A program made the translations under genes and the position numbers. Positions 1-13,700 of a DNA stretch of 43,853 nucleotides are shown here, piece after piece. The DNA is taken from NCBI GenBank assembly GCA_013239625.1, contig MU053513.1, positions 4,074,303 to 4,118,155 on the forward strand, given 5' to 3'. The DNA comes from Lama guanicoe. Taxonomy: Eukaryota. Under the pieces are notes generated by a model. The model did not search any database. It worked only from the letters and a program-made list of their open reading frames with translations, and had not been told where the DNA came from. The number at the start of each line of letters is the position of its first letter. The stretch's first letter is position 1.

Positions 1-450
1 GCATTATGCTAAGTGAAATAAATCAGACATAGAAAGATAAATATTGTATGATCACTTATATGTGGAATCTTAAAAACAAAAGAACCCCTCTCAAATCAAG
101 CTTACAGATACAGAGAACAGATTGGTTGCCAGAGGTGGGAGGTGAGGCAGGTGGAAGAAATGGGTGAAGGGGATCAACAGATAAAAAGTTCCAGTTATAA
201 AATAAATAAGTCATGGGGATGTAATATATACAGCATGGTGACTGTTCTTAACAATACTCTTGTTTATTTGAAAGTTGCTAAGAGAGTAAATCTCAAAAGT
301 TCTCATGGCAAGAAAAAATATGTTTGTAACTATGTATGATGATGGATGGTAACTAGATTACTGTGGTGATCATTTTGCAATGTGTGCAATGTAGAATCAT
401 CACATTGTGCACTTGAAACTAATATAATATGTTAATTATACTTCAATGAC
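1..450 (+). mobile_element. LINE-1 3' end (L1MA-like), cut by the window edge
   Basis: gcattatgctaagtgaaataaatcagac...cacttatatgtggaatct...ttgaaagttgctaagagagta...gtggtgatcattttgcaat, typical of an L1 3' UTR. Confidence 0.85.
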
Positions 451-1514
451 AGAAAACAAACTATAAAGTAAAATAGTTAGGAAAATAATTTTTAGAAACC
501 GACAATGTGCAAGACATTAGAGATACAAAAATGATGGAAATACAGCTTTCCCCTTCAAGCAAATTTTAGTACGGTGATGGTGGATGTATACGTGTGCAAT
601 TAATACATGCAAAGCTGCTCTTTGATATGTAGGATTACACAGGTGGAGACAAAGTGCTGTGTAATGTGTGGCATTACAACGTATAGCACTGGGAAAGTGC
701 TGCGAGAAACAAATGGAGTAAATTAATTCTGATGTGAGCTATCAGGAAAACTTCTCAAAAGAGGCAACATTGGAGCGCCTTGACCGATAAGCAGAATTTA
801 AAGAGCACAACAGAAGATCATAGCAACTGCACAACAGTGTCCACAACGCAAACAAAACCTGTAATAACAGTGCTGGGAGGAAAGCTCTGTGAGGACAGGG
901 ACTTTGTTTTATCTCTATGTGACTGACACACGGTAGGCTCTCTATATTTTTTAAGGAAATGAATAAATTGTAAAAGCATTGTGCAATTGTTGTATCATGT
1001 GTGAATAGAAAGTTAACAGTTTGATCATTGGGAAAGATTTCACTTTTCCTCTTGCCTGGCTTATATTTGGAGGCAGGACTTTCTTTCCAGTTATCCTTGG
1101 AATAGCTAAAGAAAATAGGTCATTTCTGTGATATTCAAATGTATGAAAAGCTCGTGTTAATAAAACTGACAGAAAGATCTGGAAAAGGTATATAGAGAAG
1201 GAAAGAATTTCCTAGCATATTTAGATAGTCTGCCACCGATTTGAAAATGAGCTAACGAGGATGTCCAGAAGTACTAAATAATAAAATGCAGTCTTTGAAA
1301 TGTAAGACTGAGTGGGCCAGCTAGAAGGAGATTAGACACAGCTGAAGAGGGAATGAGTTTGCCGAAAGATAACCCGAGTAAATGCCACAGAACGAAGCCC
1401 GTAGAGAGATGGGAGCAGGAGGGGTGGATGAAGGTGAGACAGAGAACAGATCGATGAAGCAGGTCCCCTGTATGGCTAATGGCAGTTTCAGAAGGAGAGA
1501 AGAGATAAGGAAAG

Positions 1515-1725
1515 GTGTGAACCATGGACTTTAGTTAATAATACTGTATAAATACTGGCTCCTCAGTTGTAACAAAAACACCACGCTAACGTAAGTTGCC
1601 GATAATAGGAGAAACTCAGCCAAAAGAGGGGCGAGGGGAGGTGTATGGGAACTCTCTGTGCTTTCTTCTCAGTTTTTTGTCAACCTAAAACTACTCTCAA
1701 AAATAAAATCTGTTTAAATAAATAA
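1515..1725 (+). mobile_element. old LINE-1 3' end (L1MC-like)
   Basis: atggactttagttaataat...gtatgggaactctctgtgcttt...aacctaaaactactctcaaaaataaa. Confidence 0.75.
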
Positions 1726-2340
1726 ATAGTAACATGTGGTGGGTTAACATTAAAGTTTAAACTGAACCATTGTAGAGGCAAAAGGAAAAGGGGCTGAGAC
1801 ATAAATGCTTAGCAAAAACCAAACGCATCTAAGTCCAGGATGTTGAACTGTGGAGTTAAAGAACACAGGCACGTGCGGGTGTTCACATTCTTTTGCCCTG
1901 CGGAGCCTGCATGTTGAGAGCAGCGCAGCGGAGCAGGAGGGGCAGGAGAGGCTTGAGGGTCAGATCCTATTGTTAAAGACCTAAAGTTCTAACCAAAAAA
2001 TACTCCTTATTATAAAACTTATACAGCAGGGCTAGATTTACTCCCCCTCCCCAACCAAACTGAAGCCTGTTGGAAGGTCTGCCCACGGAAGGATGACAGC
2101 AGCCATTTTTCAAGATTCTTCAACACGTAACCCAGGAACTGACACCACTCCTGTCGAAATGGGGAAAGGTCATTGTTTACAAAACATGGCGCTCATCACT
2201 GTTTTTGCTCTCATGTGACATCAGGTGGTTCTGAAAAAAGCTTCATTTTTCTGGGTTTAAGTTTACCCATGGAGACCTTTGCCTTAGCTTCCAAAACATC
2301 GGTTATGAGTGATGAGTTTGGGAGCTTGCAGACTCCTAAA

Positions 2341-2517
2341 CAGGGCTGGCGTCATAGGTATAACCACACGTGTGGTTGCACAGTTCCCCTGCTTAGAAGT
2401 GCCCAGCACTTACCTTCACTCTCTGTCATTGCCATGTTGTAATTCTTAAACATCTTTAACAAGGGGCCCCACGTTTCTGTTTTGCACTGTCCTCTAAAAA
2501 TGATGTAGCCAGTCCTG
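2341..2517 (+). mobile_element. MER91A-like hAT DNA transposon
   Basis: Terminal inverted repeats CAGGGCTGGC...GCCAGTCCTG; internal aacaaggggccccacgtttctgttttgcactg. Confidence 0.75.
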
Positions 2518-2577
2518 CTCTAATCTCTTATTTATTCTATAATGTACTAGCATCATAGTTTACCCCAAGTTTCTAAC

Positions 2578-2913
2578 CAGGGGTTGCCAACCCTGGTGCC
2601 CACAGGGACCGAGCATTGAGGTGTGAACGATGGCATCAGGTGAGCCTGGGGGCCAGTAGGGGGCGCTGCAGCTGTGGTGAGCAGGCGAACGAGCCTTGTC
2701 TAAAAGGCGCAGCCAGTACTTGGCTCTGCTAAGCATCGTCACTGGCCCACTGTAGCCAGATCTTCCAAGTTTTAAAGAAAAAATAGAGATGTACTTTGAA
2801 GCAAAAATCATCATATTTAAAAATATTGTTTCAATTACGAAAAATATCCTCTGTGTGGGCCAAACAAAACACATCTGCTTGGCCATACCTCAGCTGCTAG
2901 CTTATGATGTCTG
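2578..2913 (+). mobile_element. MER102-like hAT-Charlie DNA transposon
   Basis: caggggttgccaac...gccagatcttcc...gtgggccaaacaaaacacatctgc. Confidence 0.7.
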
Positions 2914-5253
2914 GCCTAAAATTTCAAAAGCAAAGCCACGTTTTTTAATTTCCCTCCCTATTTCTCAATAAACTTGACAATTTTTTTCTCCCGCTCTTTT
3001 TGAACACAAAGGTGGTTAACAATATAGAGAAATGGAGAATCCAGACCTTAGGAATAAATTCCTGTCTCCATCCCAGGGGGGAGGAAAAAAATTCCTTTCA
3101 TTTTGGATGGATCAACAACAGTAAAAACAAACCACAAAGTAATTCTCCAATAGGTTATCTTGTATATTAAATTGTTACTAAATTTCCCTGCTGTGGTTAT
3201 TAATATTGTTGATCAGGCATTTGGATTGAACATATAAGTAAAATAATAGATTAAGGGATGCTGAGCAAGTGGGATTCAGTGTCTTCTTGGGCTTGTGGCA
3301 GCACCTGGTCTCTTGTTGATTAACCTGAAGGGTCCCAGGTAGTTCTGTTACCTTAGATAAAGCCATCAGGAGGCAGCCCCTCCTTCCCAGAGTCTCACGC
3401 ATGTACTCAGTTTATAGTATCTTGGGAAAACTTAGTTCCCTCGGGGATCAGTTTGAACGAGTGAAGGAAAGTCAGTGGATTATGAGCACTTGAGAAACAC
3501 CGCATGTAATGCATTCCACCACAGGAGGCCGTCCTCCCCATGCCCACACTTTTCCTACAGCTTTTATGTATTTAGGGATGATTTTTAAAAATTGTCTCTT
3601 TTCTCTTTCCATCTACCTGCCTGGCAGGTATTTCCAGATTTTATTCATAAATTAGAAGAAACGTCCCAGACATCCTGAGACTGGGAGATTTTTTTCCTTT
3701 CCAAATTCCCTGCTGGCAGGACTGCTGTACATGTTAGGATATACCAAGGTACACTGCACAACTTCAAGGAGAGCCATTCGTACTGTTACCTGTGGGGGAT
3801 AGCTCCTCCTCCTGCAGCGAAACAGCGTTTAACTGACACAGCTGGATGTGTCGCTATTCCTCCTGGCAGCTGCCTTAGACCTAAGGATAAGAACAGTGAC
3901 CTGACTAATACACTGCTTACCATCCTGTCACATATAGACACAAAATCCATGACACAGGTATGTTGCAACACCTAATCATGTTACTTTTTCTTTATTCGTT
4001 AAAAACCCTTTAATTCTTCTCCAATGCCTTCAGGATTAAGTCTGTTACCAGTGGATTCTAAAAGGACTGGGCTGATTTTTATCAGAATCCTTTGGATGAA
4101 CTGTTTTAAAAAAATTAAGATTTCCAGACTCCAGATTGAAGATTCTGGCTGGAGGTGTCTAGAGTAGGGCCTGGGAGTCAGTGTTTTAGGAAGCAGCCCT
4201 GCATGCCCAGCCCCAGACCGGGTAATTCTGCTGCCCAGCCATGCTGGCAGACACTGGTCTACCTCCACACTGGACCACAAGGCCCTTCACAGTTACACTT
4301 CAACCAGCTTGATCTTTCATACCATGTGTCATATTTCAGCTTTAATGGAATAGTCACCATCACTGAACAGATCATGCTCTCTGGTGCCTCAATTATATTA
4401 CACATTCCTTCTGTCTGCAAAATTTTTTCTTGGATTTTTCTGTCAAGTGAACTTGTTTCTTGGCCTTCAAGACCTAAACGAAATGATATCCCCCTTGAAC
4501 TGGACTTGCAGTCCCCCCTCGCCTAGAATCAATTATTCCTGCCTCTAGGTTCTTGTAACACTAGACATGATCCTCAGAAACAGTTGGCTTAGATACCTTC
4601 CCCTAAAGAATTTTTAGAACTCTGTGCTTAACATCAAAAATCTATTTGCATCATCAGTTTAAATCATTACCCATAATATAATTTCTAGCACATTAAAACA
4701 TCAACTCTTTATACTAAATGTGTGCCATCACTGTATTTTAGAAATACAGCCAAAGTAATCTCAATTCCAGTTCTTAGGTCGGGTCCTTGTAGAGGACAGC
4801 GTTCTAGTGCAAGTGATTTACTAAGCAGGAGTTCCCAGGAGAGACGAGTAAGGGAGTGGGAAAAACATGATAGGATTCAGGCGAAGTCCAAGCCTCAAGC
4901 CTGATGCTGCTGGGAGCTTAAATGACAATTGCACATCTGAGTTTATCCCGTTTCTGGGCAGCAGAATTGTCTTTTGAAGCTCTGTGCTTGTCATTATTGG
5001 CTGTGGGACAGTGAGGGTGTGTGCAGTGAGGGTAGGGGGGTAGAGGACCGGAAACAGACTCCCAGGCTGCGTCTTCTCCATCTTAGAGCGAAGGGGCTCC
5101 AGCAGCCCAAGCAAGAGCCGCGAAGCACGTAAACGGGGAGACGGGGCTCCGCGCGGGGTGGAGGGGGCGGTGGCCATCGGGACGGCTCCAAAGGCGTCCT
5201 CGACGGTTCCCCGATGTCGTGATGTCACCAACAATTTTAAAAAAATACACTAG

Positions 5254-5610
5254 ACTTCTGATTCTGGAAGATGGAGTAGATACACTTTCTATTCCTTCCA
5301 CTTAAGTGCAGTCAGAAACTCTGGACGCTGCATATGACTCTGAGAGGTGACAAGGCGAAGGCCGACCAGCTAGCGATCTTGGGACCTAAAGAACAACACA
5401 GTCCTGAGTCCCCTGCATTTTCTTTTTACCTCACAGATCCCAGACGGGGCACTGGAAAAGCCAGCAACCCAGAAATGCCAATAGGCTTAGACGGGGGAGG
5501 AAAAAAAAAAAAAAAAGCCCCAACAAAACCAACAAAAGCCTGCTCTCTCTAGCCAAAGAACCATGAAACAATCAAACAAGAGAAAACTTTTGGAAAGTAA
5601 CAGCCCTGCT
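5254..5610 (+). mobile_element. ancient L1M 5'-end fragment
   Basis: gacttctgattctggaagatggagtagatacacttt...ccccaacaaaa...gcctgctctctctagccaaag resembles old L1MC/L1MD/L1M4 5' UTRs. Confidence 0.65.
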
Positions 5611-6639
5611 GGAGAGGCCCAGCGGTTAGCCGGAGCGTGGGAGGCAGGTCAGGACAGGAGGGGCGGGAGTCAGTGTCTCAGGGGTTTAAGGCTACTGGAC
5701 TGGATGAAGTTAGCTGGGGTGAAGACAGCAATGCAAGATGAAGGCCAAAGACAGAAACTTGGGAATGCCTACAGCGTTATTACCCTCTGGTTTCCAACTA
5801 GAGAACAACTTGGGAGGTTTTAAAAAAAATACACATGCTTACTGTCCCTCCCTGGAGATTCTTGAGTCTTTTCTGTACTTTTTTCAAGGTTCTAAAGACG
5901 ATGCTAAGGTGCAGTAAACACTGAAAACTGTTAGAGGGTTGGAGAAAAAACAGAACTGAGAAGGCTTTGCTATAAACAGGGAAATTACTGAGAGGCAAGC
6001 ATTCAGCACACGGATGGAAGGGCAGATTCCCGGGTGTGAGAGTGTTAGCAGAGCCAAGCGCTGCAAGACGGCAAAGAGATGGAGAACTCAAAAGAGATTC
6101 CTTCTGAACAGTGAGATGGAAGACTGAAGATTTCCTAAATGTGGGAATATTAAAAGAAATTAGGAAAGTAAATATTAGTATCTCACTTCAAAGGCCAAGA
6201 GGAGTTCAGAGCTATGATAGAAAAAAAGGAGTAAAGAAAAAAATCTCACAGCAATTTTGGAACTTCCTGGACACCATCCCTGATGAATGTGAGGACCACA
6301 GATATCTATGAAGTCGATCTACTTTAAAAGCAAGAGTACAAAATGCTATTTGTCAAAAGGCAACCATCTGGGATGCAAATCGCAATTTATATAAAGACTT
6401 AGATAAATTATAAAAATATTAGGAAATGTCAAAAAATCACAATTCAGTGTTTCTTACCTCCTATAATTTTTCTTACTTGACGTCCTGGTGTTTTTGTCTT
6501 ACAGTTTGTTGGTTCTTTGACTGTCTAGTAATGTCTCTTTAAATGTGTACTTTTTAATGACTTGATACTCTGAAAATACATTGTGAAACATCTTCAATTT
6601 ATAATGAAAATAAATAGCAAAGTAGTAACATGCAAAATG

Positions 6640-6830
6640 GTCTATTAAATGCTTTCACATTTTTATTTAACTTGATCCTGTCAACACTCCTGTGGCATAA
6701 ATATGGGAGGGATTAGAATTACTATTCGGCAGAAGAGGAAATGGAAGCCCTTGGAAATTACGTGACTTGCTTAAAGACCTCCAGCTCCTGTGCCGCAGTC
6801 AGAACTCACACCCAAGGCTTCTGATTCCTT
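6640..6830 (-). mobile_element. MIR SINE
   Basis: cagaagaggaaatggaagccc...gtgacttgcttaaagac...agaactcacacccaaggcttctgattcc. Confidence 0.65.
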
Positions 6831-7258
6831 GCAACTTGTCACAGCACGTTTGTTCTAATGAGATTCCTGTGTCTTAAGTTATCATTTCTGACCAGGCTTA
6901 GTGGAAAAACGACACCCACCTGTTTCACGGAGACTGTGCCAGTGACAGGCTCTGGGTTATGAGAAATAATGGGGAAAGGGAGGGTTCAGGGGTTTTGTCC
7001 TGAACAAAAAGGGGGTCAGTTGTTTTATCCACAAGGTCAGAAGAGAGGAAAAAACTTGCCCTTGGACCCCATGGCAGCAAGAAACACACTGACTCCCTCA
7101 GAGGCTGAAGATTTCAAAGTTAAAAATAAGTAGAATGTTGTCATAATTTTTACTCAGATGTTCCTAATGTTAAGTTTCTCTTGAAAGGGCATTAGCATTC
7201 TCCTGTTTTGTAGAAGTGGAAGCTGAAGCTTACAGAGAAAGGCATTAAAAATCATAAT

Positions 7259-7264
7259 TTTATT
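7259..7264 (-). terminator. candidate TYW3 polyadenylation signal AATAAA
   Basis: tttatt on the + strand, about 215 nt downstream of the TYW3 stop codon. Confidence 0.5.
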
Positions 7265-7478
7265 TTTGCAATAATTCTGTGACTAAAAAAGATGGTATTT
7301 AAGAGGGAAAATTATACACAGCTATTTAACAAAGGTAAAGCTTTCTCTAAAATATAAAGAAAACTTAAATCTTGCATCTCTGAAAGGCTGATACACTCAA
7401 CAAACTAAAATACTCTTATAAAGAGCAGCTTTATAATATCTACTAGAAACGTTATTCCAGACACTTGAGAGCCAAATC

Positions 7479-7707
7479 TCAGTAATCTTCAGGGAAGATG
7501 GTAGCACCGATTCCTGGATCATCATTATCATCATTTTCAAGTCCTTTATCATTTTCTTCAGTAATGTATTTGCCACGTGCTTTTTCTGGGTTTCTTTTCT
7601 TCTTATGAGTATGTGGTGAGTTATTTTTCGCTCTGAATTTCTCTTTGGGCTGTGAGTCAGTTGTAACACTTTCTTTTTCCAAAGCATGTTGTAGGCAGTT
7701 GTAAAAC
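7479..7707 (-). CDS. TYW3: TYW3 last coding exon (229 nt including TGA)
   Basis: ttacag|G TTT TAC; (R)[12 protein letters not shown]...[14 protein letters not shown]; phase matches exon 5. Confidence 0.94.
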
Positions 7708-10700
7708 CTGTAAAGAAATAAGGTACTGCTGTTATGTCTGTGCGTTCTGAACTGAAACAAAATGACTGACATACACCTAGAACTTACGCATTACGTCAAT
7801 CTGATGTCTCAGATTAACCTTAAAATATAAGTCACATAAATAATATACTTTTTGCTTTTATGATGATTGTTTAATTAGGACAAGAAATGTGTTTTTAGTT
7901 CTTTAAGAACAGCCCAGAAAACTGGGTTGGAATCACCTCTGGACAACCCCTATCCTACCTTAATTTCTATTCCAGATGTAGGAGTCAAACAAAGAAAGTT
8001 AAAAAAAAGAACAGAAATATTTTTCTTAAAAAAAAATCATAAATGTAATAGAGGCTCACTTTAGAGAATTTGGAAAGATATATAAAGTTACAAATACAGA
8101 TCCCCTCTGTATAACTACCTAGAAATAACTACTCTGGACATTTGGATTCTTTCCTGCTTATTACTATATTCTGAATTAATACATTTGTACACGTATACAT
8201 ACACCTACTGTCTTTTACACAATTGTGATATTACAGATAAAGTTTTACATTGTTTTTCCGAATTTAATATTTAATATTGAAAACATTTTCCATAGCACCA
8301 AATGAACTATAAAATAATGCTTTTTAATGGTGCATAACATCATGCCATGTGGTTTCAGTGTTTATTTTCAGCGTATGTTGGAAGGCTGCACCGGGGCTCG
8401 GGGGAGCCCCATGTGCTCCACACCATCCTTCCCCTGGGAGAGCTGGGGCCGGGGAGTCCCAGCCTCACTGCATCTGTCTCCTCACTTACAAAACTGGTTA
8501 CTATCTTGTGCCTTGCAGGCAGATAGATGTAAGTACCCCGCACAGTGCCTGGCACCATGTAAGTTCTCAATAATGACAATGTTTTACAGAACATAGACTC
8601 CATGAGACCATCTTGGTTTCTGTTATATTCTTAGGATGGCACAGGGTGCTGCCACACTTGGTAAAAATATGGCAAATAAGTGAATAAATAACTACTGAAA
8701 AAAAAAGGTGAATATGGATGTATTAGCCCAGGTCCCAGATTAGAATGACCTAAAAGTTGAGAACTCCTTTGCCGCTGTAGAGATCTCATCACGCTTTTAC
8801 ATCCCTTTATAATGGGAGACTATGACAGGAAATTTCTGACAGCTACAGAACAGGTTGCTATTTGGACCAATTTTCTTCCTGAGTTAATCTGATGAACAGG
8901 CTAAGTTCTACACAAAAGTTCTAAAACTGACCTAAAAAAACCCAAGATATTCACCTATTCCCAAATACCCCGTTTCGTGGTAACAGCCTTTTCTTTTAAT
9001 GCATCCTTTATATCCTTACTTACCTGAAACCTGGCTCCCCCCACCCCCCCCGGCAGACACCACTGCCCTGCCTTCCTCTCAAGTGGAGACTGCTTCTTCA
9101 CTCCGTATCCTGCCTCCCACAGAGTTGACATAAGGTCAGAGTTCACCTGCCTCACCGACACTTCACCAGGCTAAACTCCTTCATCCACCCCGCAGGTCAT
9201 CTACCGATATTCTGTTGTCTTTTACATTCATGAAAACTTCTACGCTTGGCGGGCCCTTTGTCTCCAGGTCTTGCCATCACCCTAGATGACTTCAGTGACT
9301 GGCTTTCTTCCCACCTTCCACATTGCCTATTTAGAATGGCTTAATAACACGGCCCAGGAGGATGACTCATTTTATCTAAAACATAAATCCAAGTACCCCA
9401 CAAAGGGTGTGACTCATGAGAGGCTATTCATTCATGACAGGCAACTTCGTCTTCTATCCTCCTCCACCCAATGCTGCTCTTTAAACTTAGCTAACCAAGC
9501 TTTTCCCTGGTTTCTACTCGATTCCTAGAAAATTAAAGGTAAGATTAAACTCCCCTTTTATGACCACACAGAATTAACAGCTTGTGTAAAATACCTTCTC
9601 AATCACATAAAAAAGGTAATTAAAGAGGAACAGGGGCCTTACTTTAATCTTCCATGAAACAACCTAAGCTACCTCCTTGGGGTACCGAAAAACAACTGGT
9701 AAAATGGAACAAAGACCTTTCTGTGCTGAAAGCCAAGAATAAAACTCCAACAACTTTCTTCTTTTCCTTTGTTAAGGGAACTTTTAAGATGTCCTGTGGT
9801 AAACTATCTTACTCAGTAAGTCAGAAATTTGTTTTCCAATTACACATTCCATCTCATGCTATGACCCTCTACACAGCGTTCTAAAGCCCAATTCTCAAAG
9901 TGTAATTTTCTCAGCTCTCACGGGCAACAAAAAGAGCTCAGAGTGTAAAAAGAAATGTATTGCTCAGGCAACTGATTTTCTCCCCCTCAGAAGAAAATCA
10001 AATTGTCTTCAGTTTTTCTACCTCTGCAGTCAAGATTATCATGACATAGGGCAACCTGTATAGAGCTCTCTTCATGAGAGAACTTTTCAGACCAGCCCTG
10101 GGAAAACGGATTCTTGTTTTTCAGGTCAGTTAGAGGACCATGTGCAATAAAAAGCTGATATTTCTTGACTTCTGAAATAGGAACATAAAGTTAATGAAAT
10201 CTAGGCACAACTTCATACCCTTTCAGGCTTCCAGTATTCACAAATAAAAGAAGGCTATTTTCATAGATTATGTATTTGGATTTTGACTGATTTTAAGCTC
10301 AAGAGCATTTTTACTAAAAAATAATGTATGTGACAGGTGCTAGAAACAGGTAAGAGATGAGGTCTGTGCCGGCAGCGACCTCAGGGTTTAATGGGAGCAA
10401 GCAGAGCTGTGGATATGTTCAATGCGCCATGAAAAAGCTGAGATAAAGTAGGAGCGTGCTGAGGGCACGGTGCTCCAAGAGAGATCGTCAACAACTCCTT
10501 GGGAAAAAAACCCAACACTGGGCTGAACGGCAAGGGCGAATGGAAGCTGGCTGCGTGAAGGTAGAAGAATTATGAAATGAAAATTGAGAGGAGAGACACT
10601 CACGGAGGAATTCTCAAAAAATGTGTTTTCACTATATACTATTTACTTCTTTGATTGTAAGTACATAAGGAAATGTGTGAGTTATTTGTTTACCAGCTTT

Positions 10701-13700
10701 AGTTCCATTTTTAAATGTAAGACTCGACTCCTCCGTCTCTCCTCCCCCATCCCTCTCTGCTGCTACATCCAGGTTATGTTCTGCAGTGTCACCCCTATTC
10801 ATCTTGTTACTCGGGATCCTGTTACTTCCTGCCTGGACTGTGCAGCCAGAGCCTCCTCCTGCCCACCCCATCAATAAGCCATCCTACACGTCCTCCAGAA
10901 TAACCACCCTAAGGCTCTGACACCATCAAATTAGCACTATTGACAGGAAGCATCTATTAACTAAATTCAGCAAACATTTCAAACACTAGCCACTGTTCTC
11001 CTGTCAGACACTCAGAAAATAATGATCAGAAACTGTATTTGCCTTTGGGGAACTAAATATGATGTGTTAACTTTTAGTTCATTTATTGTTTATGATGAAT
11101 TCAATAAACATTTACTGGGTTTCGACTGTGAGCCAGACACTCTGTAAGGTTTTAGGGTAAAAGATACTTAGTATGCATGTGTGTGTTTGGTTGGTGAGGG
11201 GAAAGTCAGTCCTGTTTTCAACGTGACCATGTTCTAGTGGGGGAAAAAAGACATACATGCAATTAAATAATTGTAATTCAGCACAGTTCACATTTCTGTT
11301 TTGCACTGAGGCGTAAACTGTAATAATACTGGTAAGTGGTAACAAGAATCTGAACCAAGGAAATGGCTAAACGAGGCTGAGACAAAGATAAGAAAGATAT
11401 TAAGGAAAGGCTTTTCAGTTGGATGTGTTCAATAGGTCATTGGATAGATGGGCCCAGGACTCAGGAGAGATCTGGAAGGTCTGCCAGTATCTAGGGAATT
11501 AGCTGAAGCAGTGAGCCAGGGAGGGAATCCTGGAAAAAAATAGTATTTAACCAACAGGTAGAATAATAAGAGCAATCCAAAGGAAGCTAAGAAGCACCAC
11601 AAACAGGAAGGAGAGCAGCAAAGTGAGGGAACAGAAATTCTTACCAACAGGTTTATGAAAAAATGCTCAGTGTCACTAATCATCAGGGAAATGCAAATCA
11701 ATTATTGTTTAATTAGCATCGAGTTTCAGCTGGGAATAAAGAAAAGTTTCTGGAGATGAACAGCCGTGATAGTGGTGGCTGCATAGCAATGTGAATGCAC
11801 CTAATGCCAATGAACTGTACTATGGTTAGAATTACACATTTTATGTTATATATATTATACCACAAAAAAGAAAAGTGAAAAAGGGAAAAACCAACCATCA
11901 GAAATAGATCCATTTACTTTTTCACTCCAATTTGCCTTATTTTTATCAATACTTCACACCAATACATTTGGCCCTTTTATTTTACATTTTATTTAACATT
12001 TATTTTCTTAGTACACAGTTGGTGAGAAGAACATGGCTAATTTCATCCAACCCAAGTCAGATCTCTTATTAATAGCTGCAAAGGTGGCCCTCCTCTTATA
12101 ATTGGTAAACAGACTTCCCAACTTCGTATTTTTCACCTGGAAATCATTACATATGAAATCATCTGACTTTTCTAAGTAGGCTTGGGAATTGTCTTTTACG
12201 AAAGAGACCTCTCTTCTATTAAAATCATTTTACCTTTCGATTTTCACATTTCAAGAATATTTCTTGTTGCTGGAATGTTACTCATTAGGATTTCAACTTT
12301 TAAAACTTCTCTTATTATAGCTATAGAATTGTGAAACTTTGGTCCTATGACAAACCAATTTTAGTACTCAGTGTCTGATTGCAGAACTCATCACCTCCAG
12401 TGTTTATTATTTTTTCTCTTTTCAACATCAGAAGAGTAACTCTTTCTCTGCATTTGGTTGAGTGTACAGCTGTTTCCAAAGGAGCACCCTAATTTGCTCA
12501 CCCTTTCTGAATTCACATGTAATCTTCTAATCAGTATCTTAAGACACTTTTTATCCTTCTTTAATTTTTCACTGATTTTATATGATGAGCATGACTCTCT
12601 TGATAGCAGCATGCACACTATAATCTCAAAACATATTTTTCAGTCAAAAGATTTAAAGCATAATTTGATTTTATAGTTGGTGAACGTGGTTCAATTAACT
12701 TCACCAGGTGTATAGTTAGTTGATCTTGGGCTATATTTATAATCTTGTTGAAATTCAAGTAAGGAAACAGAGAAACCCATTTGTTATCTCCTACATTTCA
12801 GCCAGCAGTCTCACTAGAGCACTGTGTAACACTGTGTAAATGTAGTCAGCTTTTGGAATGGTACCAGTAAGTACCTACAACAGTGCAAACTCTGTAGTCG
12901 GGTGGAGTGGCTCTTCAGCTGTTTACCTGAAATCATCACTTTTTTTAGAATGTTTGCTCAAAGCACCTTGTGGCCAGGTAACCCCTCAGCTTTTTCCAGC
13001 CAGCGTTCTGCTGGAGGAGAAGCCCTGCTGCCCTCAGCCATCCACTGTACGTCATGAATGAACTTCTCTCCAATGTATCTAGATTGTACAGGTTCTACAG
13101 CACAGTTGGGAGAACTCAGAAGTAGTCACTTGAGTAATTTTGTTAATTCTGTGGTCAAATGAAGACGAGCCCTGGGTGAGAAAGCCTGGATGGTAGTGCT
13201 GATGTGATTACAGGTTTATCCTCCGTGTGAGTCAGTGAAGAAGCAGAAAGGCTATCCTGTCGCAAGAATCCATGACTGGCACTACACGTAGGCTGCCTCA
13301 CGTATACTGAAATTGTTCTCTGCGATAGGGATTTCCCCCACGTTAGATATAAAACAAAAAAGCCAAGAGAGTTGAGTAAGCTGTGGGGGAAGCTGGATTT
13401 GAACCCAGTTCTGTCTCTGGAGTCCAGTTCTGCCTCTTTCCAGGAAGCCACACTACTGCCGTTGGCACTTCTGGACTTCGCTGCTTCACGAACAATTCTT
13501 GATATTACAGAATTTTGAGCAGGCAAGTTAAGCAATAGGATTCCCTTACATTTTACAGACAGGAGGCTGGAGATGTGGAGAATGGCCTAGCAGAGAGATG
13601 CACCGGAAGCGCTCTACTATGAGAGCAGCTGAGAAGGCTCTGCAGTGGTCCGGGGGGAGGGCGTGGCAGGGAGGAGGGGAGAAAAGCAGGGCTCAGGAGC

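Noticed and set aside
4821..5301. Overlapping ORFs suggesting a processed pseudogene
   Set aside because: No recognisable parent protein, poly(A) tail or TSD; explained by GC richness and the adjacent L1 5' end
7397..7687. 96-aa alternative-frame ORF over the last TYW3 exon
   Set aside because: Shadow of the A-rich coding exon; no splice phase or initiation support
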